DNA from: Naegleria gruberi
Lineage: Eukaryota
DNA: 7,776 bases
Direction: 5' to 3' (one strand)
NCBI GenBank assembly: GCA_000004985.1
Contig: GG739108.1
In this document: positions 7,245 to 7,776 of the stretch, in pieces
Position numbering within the stretch: the first letter of the stretch is position 1
How the letters are laid out: each line of letters starts with the position of its first letter
Program-made: the position numbers and the translations under genes
Notes under the pieces: generated by a model
Told to the model about the DNA's origin: nothing
The model's input: the letters and a program-made list of their open reading frames with translations, nothing else
Databases searched by the model: none

Positions 7245-7774
7245 ACCACAACAGTAATAGTGCTACTAACAGTAATATTCATCATCAATTCCCTCCTGTT
7301 GGTATTAGTATTGGAAATTATCAAAATTCAACAACAGCACCACAACAACCAACACCAACAACAACATCATTCATTGGAAGTGTTAATCATCATACTAACT
7401 CTATGGGTGAATCATCACCTCCACAACCTAGTCTTATTAAAAGAAGACCTCTAAGGGAACATAATACACTAAGAAAATCTACTCAACAACAATCTCAACA
7501 ACCTAATATACTAAGTAATCATAATAATTCAACAACAATTCAACCTACAATTCAACAACCTATATTATCAAATTCTATCATTAAACCACCAACAATTTCT
7601 AACAGTGCAAGTATTTCATCACCATTTGTAAATCAAACGTTCTTCAATACTTCAAATAATAACTTGCCATCAACACCTACTTTTACTAATAATAACAATG
7701 CTAATATACCTACTAATAATAGATATCATGAATACTCTATTGAAGATAGTCCTATTTATAAAACACCAACCTAA
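7241..7774 (+). CDS. Hypothetical 177-aa Asn/Gln/Thr/Ser/Pro-rich low-complexity protein with one basic patch (KRRPLREHNTLRK).
   Basis: The ORF is in the supplied track and its stop TAA is at 7772-7774. Third codon positions are overwhelmingly A/T, consistent with coding sequence in this genome type. There is no recognisable domain. The N-terminus is uncertain (see 7143-7244). Confidence 0.5.
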   Translation: MNHNSNSATNSNIHHQFPPVGISIGNYQNSTTAPQQPTPTTTSFIGSVNHHTNSMGESSPPQPSLIKRRPLREHNTLRKSTQQQSQQPNILSNHNNSTTIQPTIQQPILSNSIIKPPTISNSASISSPFVNQTFFNTSNNNLPSTPTFTNNNNANIPTNNRYHEYSIEDSPIYKTPT

Positions 7775-7776
7775 TG

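Noticed and set aside
7099-7257. A 52-aa frame-1 ORF (MNQAFYSILTAFKKTCKINHLHH...) as the gene start
   Set aside because: Third codon positions are only ~39% A/T, against ~72% for the overlapping frame-0 ORF. It is kept as a possibility only in the promoter discussion.
7260-7454. The 64-aa + ORF (MLLTVIFIINSLLLVLVLEII...) in the supplied track
   Set aside because: It is an alternate-frame read inside the 7241-7774 ORF. The frame has poor third-position A/T bias and an implausible product.

Overview
Only 2,940 of the 7,776 bases are resolved (1-1553 and 6390-7776); positions 1554-6389 are a single run of 4,836 N. The resolved parts are extremely AT-rich nuclear-type eukaryotic DNA. Three observations point to a Dictyostelium-like dictyostelid genome, by inference and not by any search: (TAT)n/(AAT)n codon microsatellites encoding poly-Asn, (CAA)n encoding poly-Gln, and A-runs directly 5' of start codons. 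I can support five features. (1) A minus-strand ORF, not in the supplied track, runs off the window start (589..1); it encodes the first ~196 codons of an Asn/Gln/Ser-rich protein. (2) A minus-strand 267-codon Asn-rich, probably coiled-coil protein (1523..720) has a frame that stays open into the gap. (3) The last 159 codons of a diphthine synthase (DPH5, EF-2 diphthamide pathway) lie on the plus strand (6390-6869); the rest of the gene is lost in the gap. (4) A 270-bp spacer after DPH5 is unusually GC-enriched for this genome. It carries a 9-bp inverted repeat and a TATA-plus-oligo(dT) core promoter. (5) A plus-strand N/Q/T/P-rich ORF (7241-7774) is preceded by a short ORF (7143-7244) in another frame. 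That short ORF has strong coding-type third-position bias, which suggests a frameshift or indel at 7223-7244, or less likely a uORF. I see no prokaryotic-style operon, CRISPR array, mobile element, tRNA or rRNA. With 62% of the window unresolved I cannot honestly claim a novel system. The most checkable oddities are the frame switch at 7223-7244 and the GC-rich inverted-repeat spacer at 6941-7060.
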